From contig JASANG010001737.1 of assembly GCA_030248215.1 (NCBI GenBank), positions 62,001 through 126,000 of the forward strand: DNA of 64,000 nt, in the 5' to 3' direction. A model generated the notes under the pieces. That model ran no database searches. It was not told where the DNA came from and saw only the letters and a list, made by a program, of their open reading frames with translations. Positions 62,331-64,000 of the stretch are shown here, one piece after another (position 1 is the first letter of the stretch; each line of letters opens with the position of its first letter). Position numbers and translations under genes: made by a program. This stretch comes from Enoplolaimus lenunculus. Lineage: Eukaryota.

Positions 62331-63655
62331 AAGGAAAAGATCCTTTACAGAGTGGGATGTGGGAAAATTTTTCTTACCCGACCACCGGTTTACCCAGGCA
62401 AATAATTCTTATTCCCACGGGTTCACCCACGCAAAAAGCGCTAAAAGATTTACCGACAACACGCCTTTTACCCGCGCCTGAAGTTAAACCAGTATGTTAA
62501 ATGTCGCTGGTGATTTGCACTTTGATAAAGTTTTGCGTATAATAGCTCTAATGAATTATACAAATGAAAGCTTACTAGAAACCAGGGTTCCAACGGAATT
62601 ACGATTCCGGCTAAAATTGTGAAAATATTTGGATTCCGATTCCGACAAGCTTCTTTTCCGATACTGGAATTTCCGATTTTTCGGTTATGAGTTCTTAAGC
62701 TGATTGAACTTAAAATTTTGCCTATTTTTTCGTTTGTTTGCAAATCTGTTTGTTCTGGTTACTAAGTATTCTCAGTAGCAGAGTAAATTACTTCGCTGAT
62801 TGTCAAAATGTGACTGCAATTGAAAGCTTTAAGCTCTGCCTGCACAGTCAGGCAACAGGCGAGGCTGCGAGGGTGCCAGGAATGTAAGAGCAATGTAAAA
62901 TAAAAATGGCACGCAAGATTGCGAGCGGCTCCTGTCTACTTTTAAGCGTTTTGTCTTCGATCACAAAAAGGTTGGGGCGAGGAACCGCAATTAAATTAAA
63001 AAGATATATAGAATTGTTTTTTTTTGAAATTTTGAAATGAGTTACTCAAATTGTCTGGGTGCGCATGTGATGGTTTCAGTAATGTACGGCCAGTACGGTT
63101 GCATTGCGTTTCATGTCAATTGTTTACATTCTCGATTTCATACAGCAATAAACGGCGGTTATTATATTGTTTAGTGTCTGTGTGAATTTCAAAGTATCAT
63201 GTATTTAGTTGTTGTAGATTTATTAAATTTAAAATTTACATTTGATTTTGTTGTTTAGAAATGATCTTTGTATTGTATATTTGCCAGCCAGCCAGCCAGT
63301 ATACCTTGATATATGTAAAGGTTGGAATTAAAGCTTTGGGTAGTCGGAGTTGAATTTAGAACTGTTGATTACCCAAAAAGATTCGGAATAATTTGTAATC
63401 AGTTGAGAACAGTGTTATATCGTGTTTCGAAAACATAAATAGTACAGCAGAACGTTTGAGTGTCAATATTGTGTCTTCTGAATATCTGTTTCTCCAGCTG
63501 TAATAACGTTGATTTGGCATCGTGATCGTGACCTGAGTACTTTTATTTTTGTGAAATCAATACATGTCAGGCAGGATTCAACAGGATATCTGGTTCCTGC
63601 AAAAAGCGACATCCGGCTCCGGCAATTTAACTTGCTGGATGTTTTTTAAAAATAT

Positions 63656-64000
63656 ATGTATTGAGCGAAGCTCGAACCCACGTAAGCAGTTAAGCTAATA
63701 TGCAAATTAGTTATTAGCTAACTATTCATGTATTGGTTTTGGAGGTTGGTAAACAATTTATTCAGATTCCTCGAACTTAAAAACCCGTCAGTAATCCTAA
63801 TAATTTGAGAAATAATTTAAAAAGCCATTATTTAGGCGTATCAATTAAGCAAATATGCAAATTAGCTACTAGATAACTATTCGATAATCGGTTTTGAAGG
63901 TTTGTAGACAATTTAATCAGATTCCTCGCATCCAAAACCCCTTTAATGCTGAAATTAGGTTGCTTTTAACTGTAATAATTAGTGAAATAATGTAGATTGC
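63656..64000 (-). mobile_element. HINE copy, reverse orientation, runs off the window end
   Basis: Reverse complement of the 3' subTIR (ATTGAGCGAAGCTCGAA) followed by reverse-complemented internal units. Confidence 0.8.

Overview
AT-rich, repeat-dense eukaryotic DNA, most likely from a nematode (inferred from abundant TTAGGC telomeric hexamers and TTTCAG-type splice acceptors; species not determinable). Two spliced + strand genes could be rebuilt by hand from splice sites and exon phases. (1) A 17-exon NRF-6/NDG-4-like gene (signal peptide, NRF domain, acyltransferase-3 domain; about 886 aa) at 21674-36651. (2) The 5' part of a gene with a long Ser-rich N-terminus and an alternative first exon (44808-60561, continuing past the window), tentatively an AMPK gamma subunit. 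Almost everything else is non-autonomous mobile DNA: five DINE-1/Helentron-like (HINE) copies with internal tandem arrays, GGCC-ended MITEs carrying telomeric repeats, hAT-, Tc1-, PIF- and piggyBac-type MITEs (the last with a tRNA-like cassette), tRNA-derived SINE-like copies, a decayed Penelope-like end with a degenerate hammerhead ribozyme, and several mini/microsatellites. Most short ORFs in the track are repeat artefacts. No CRISPR array, rRNA or intact tRNA was seen. No database searches were run, so family assignments rest on motif recognition.
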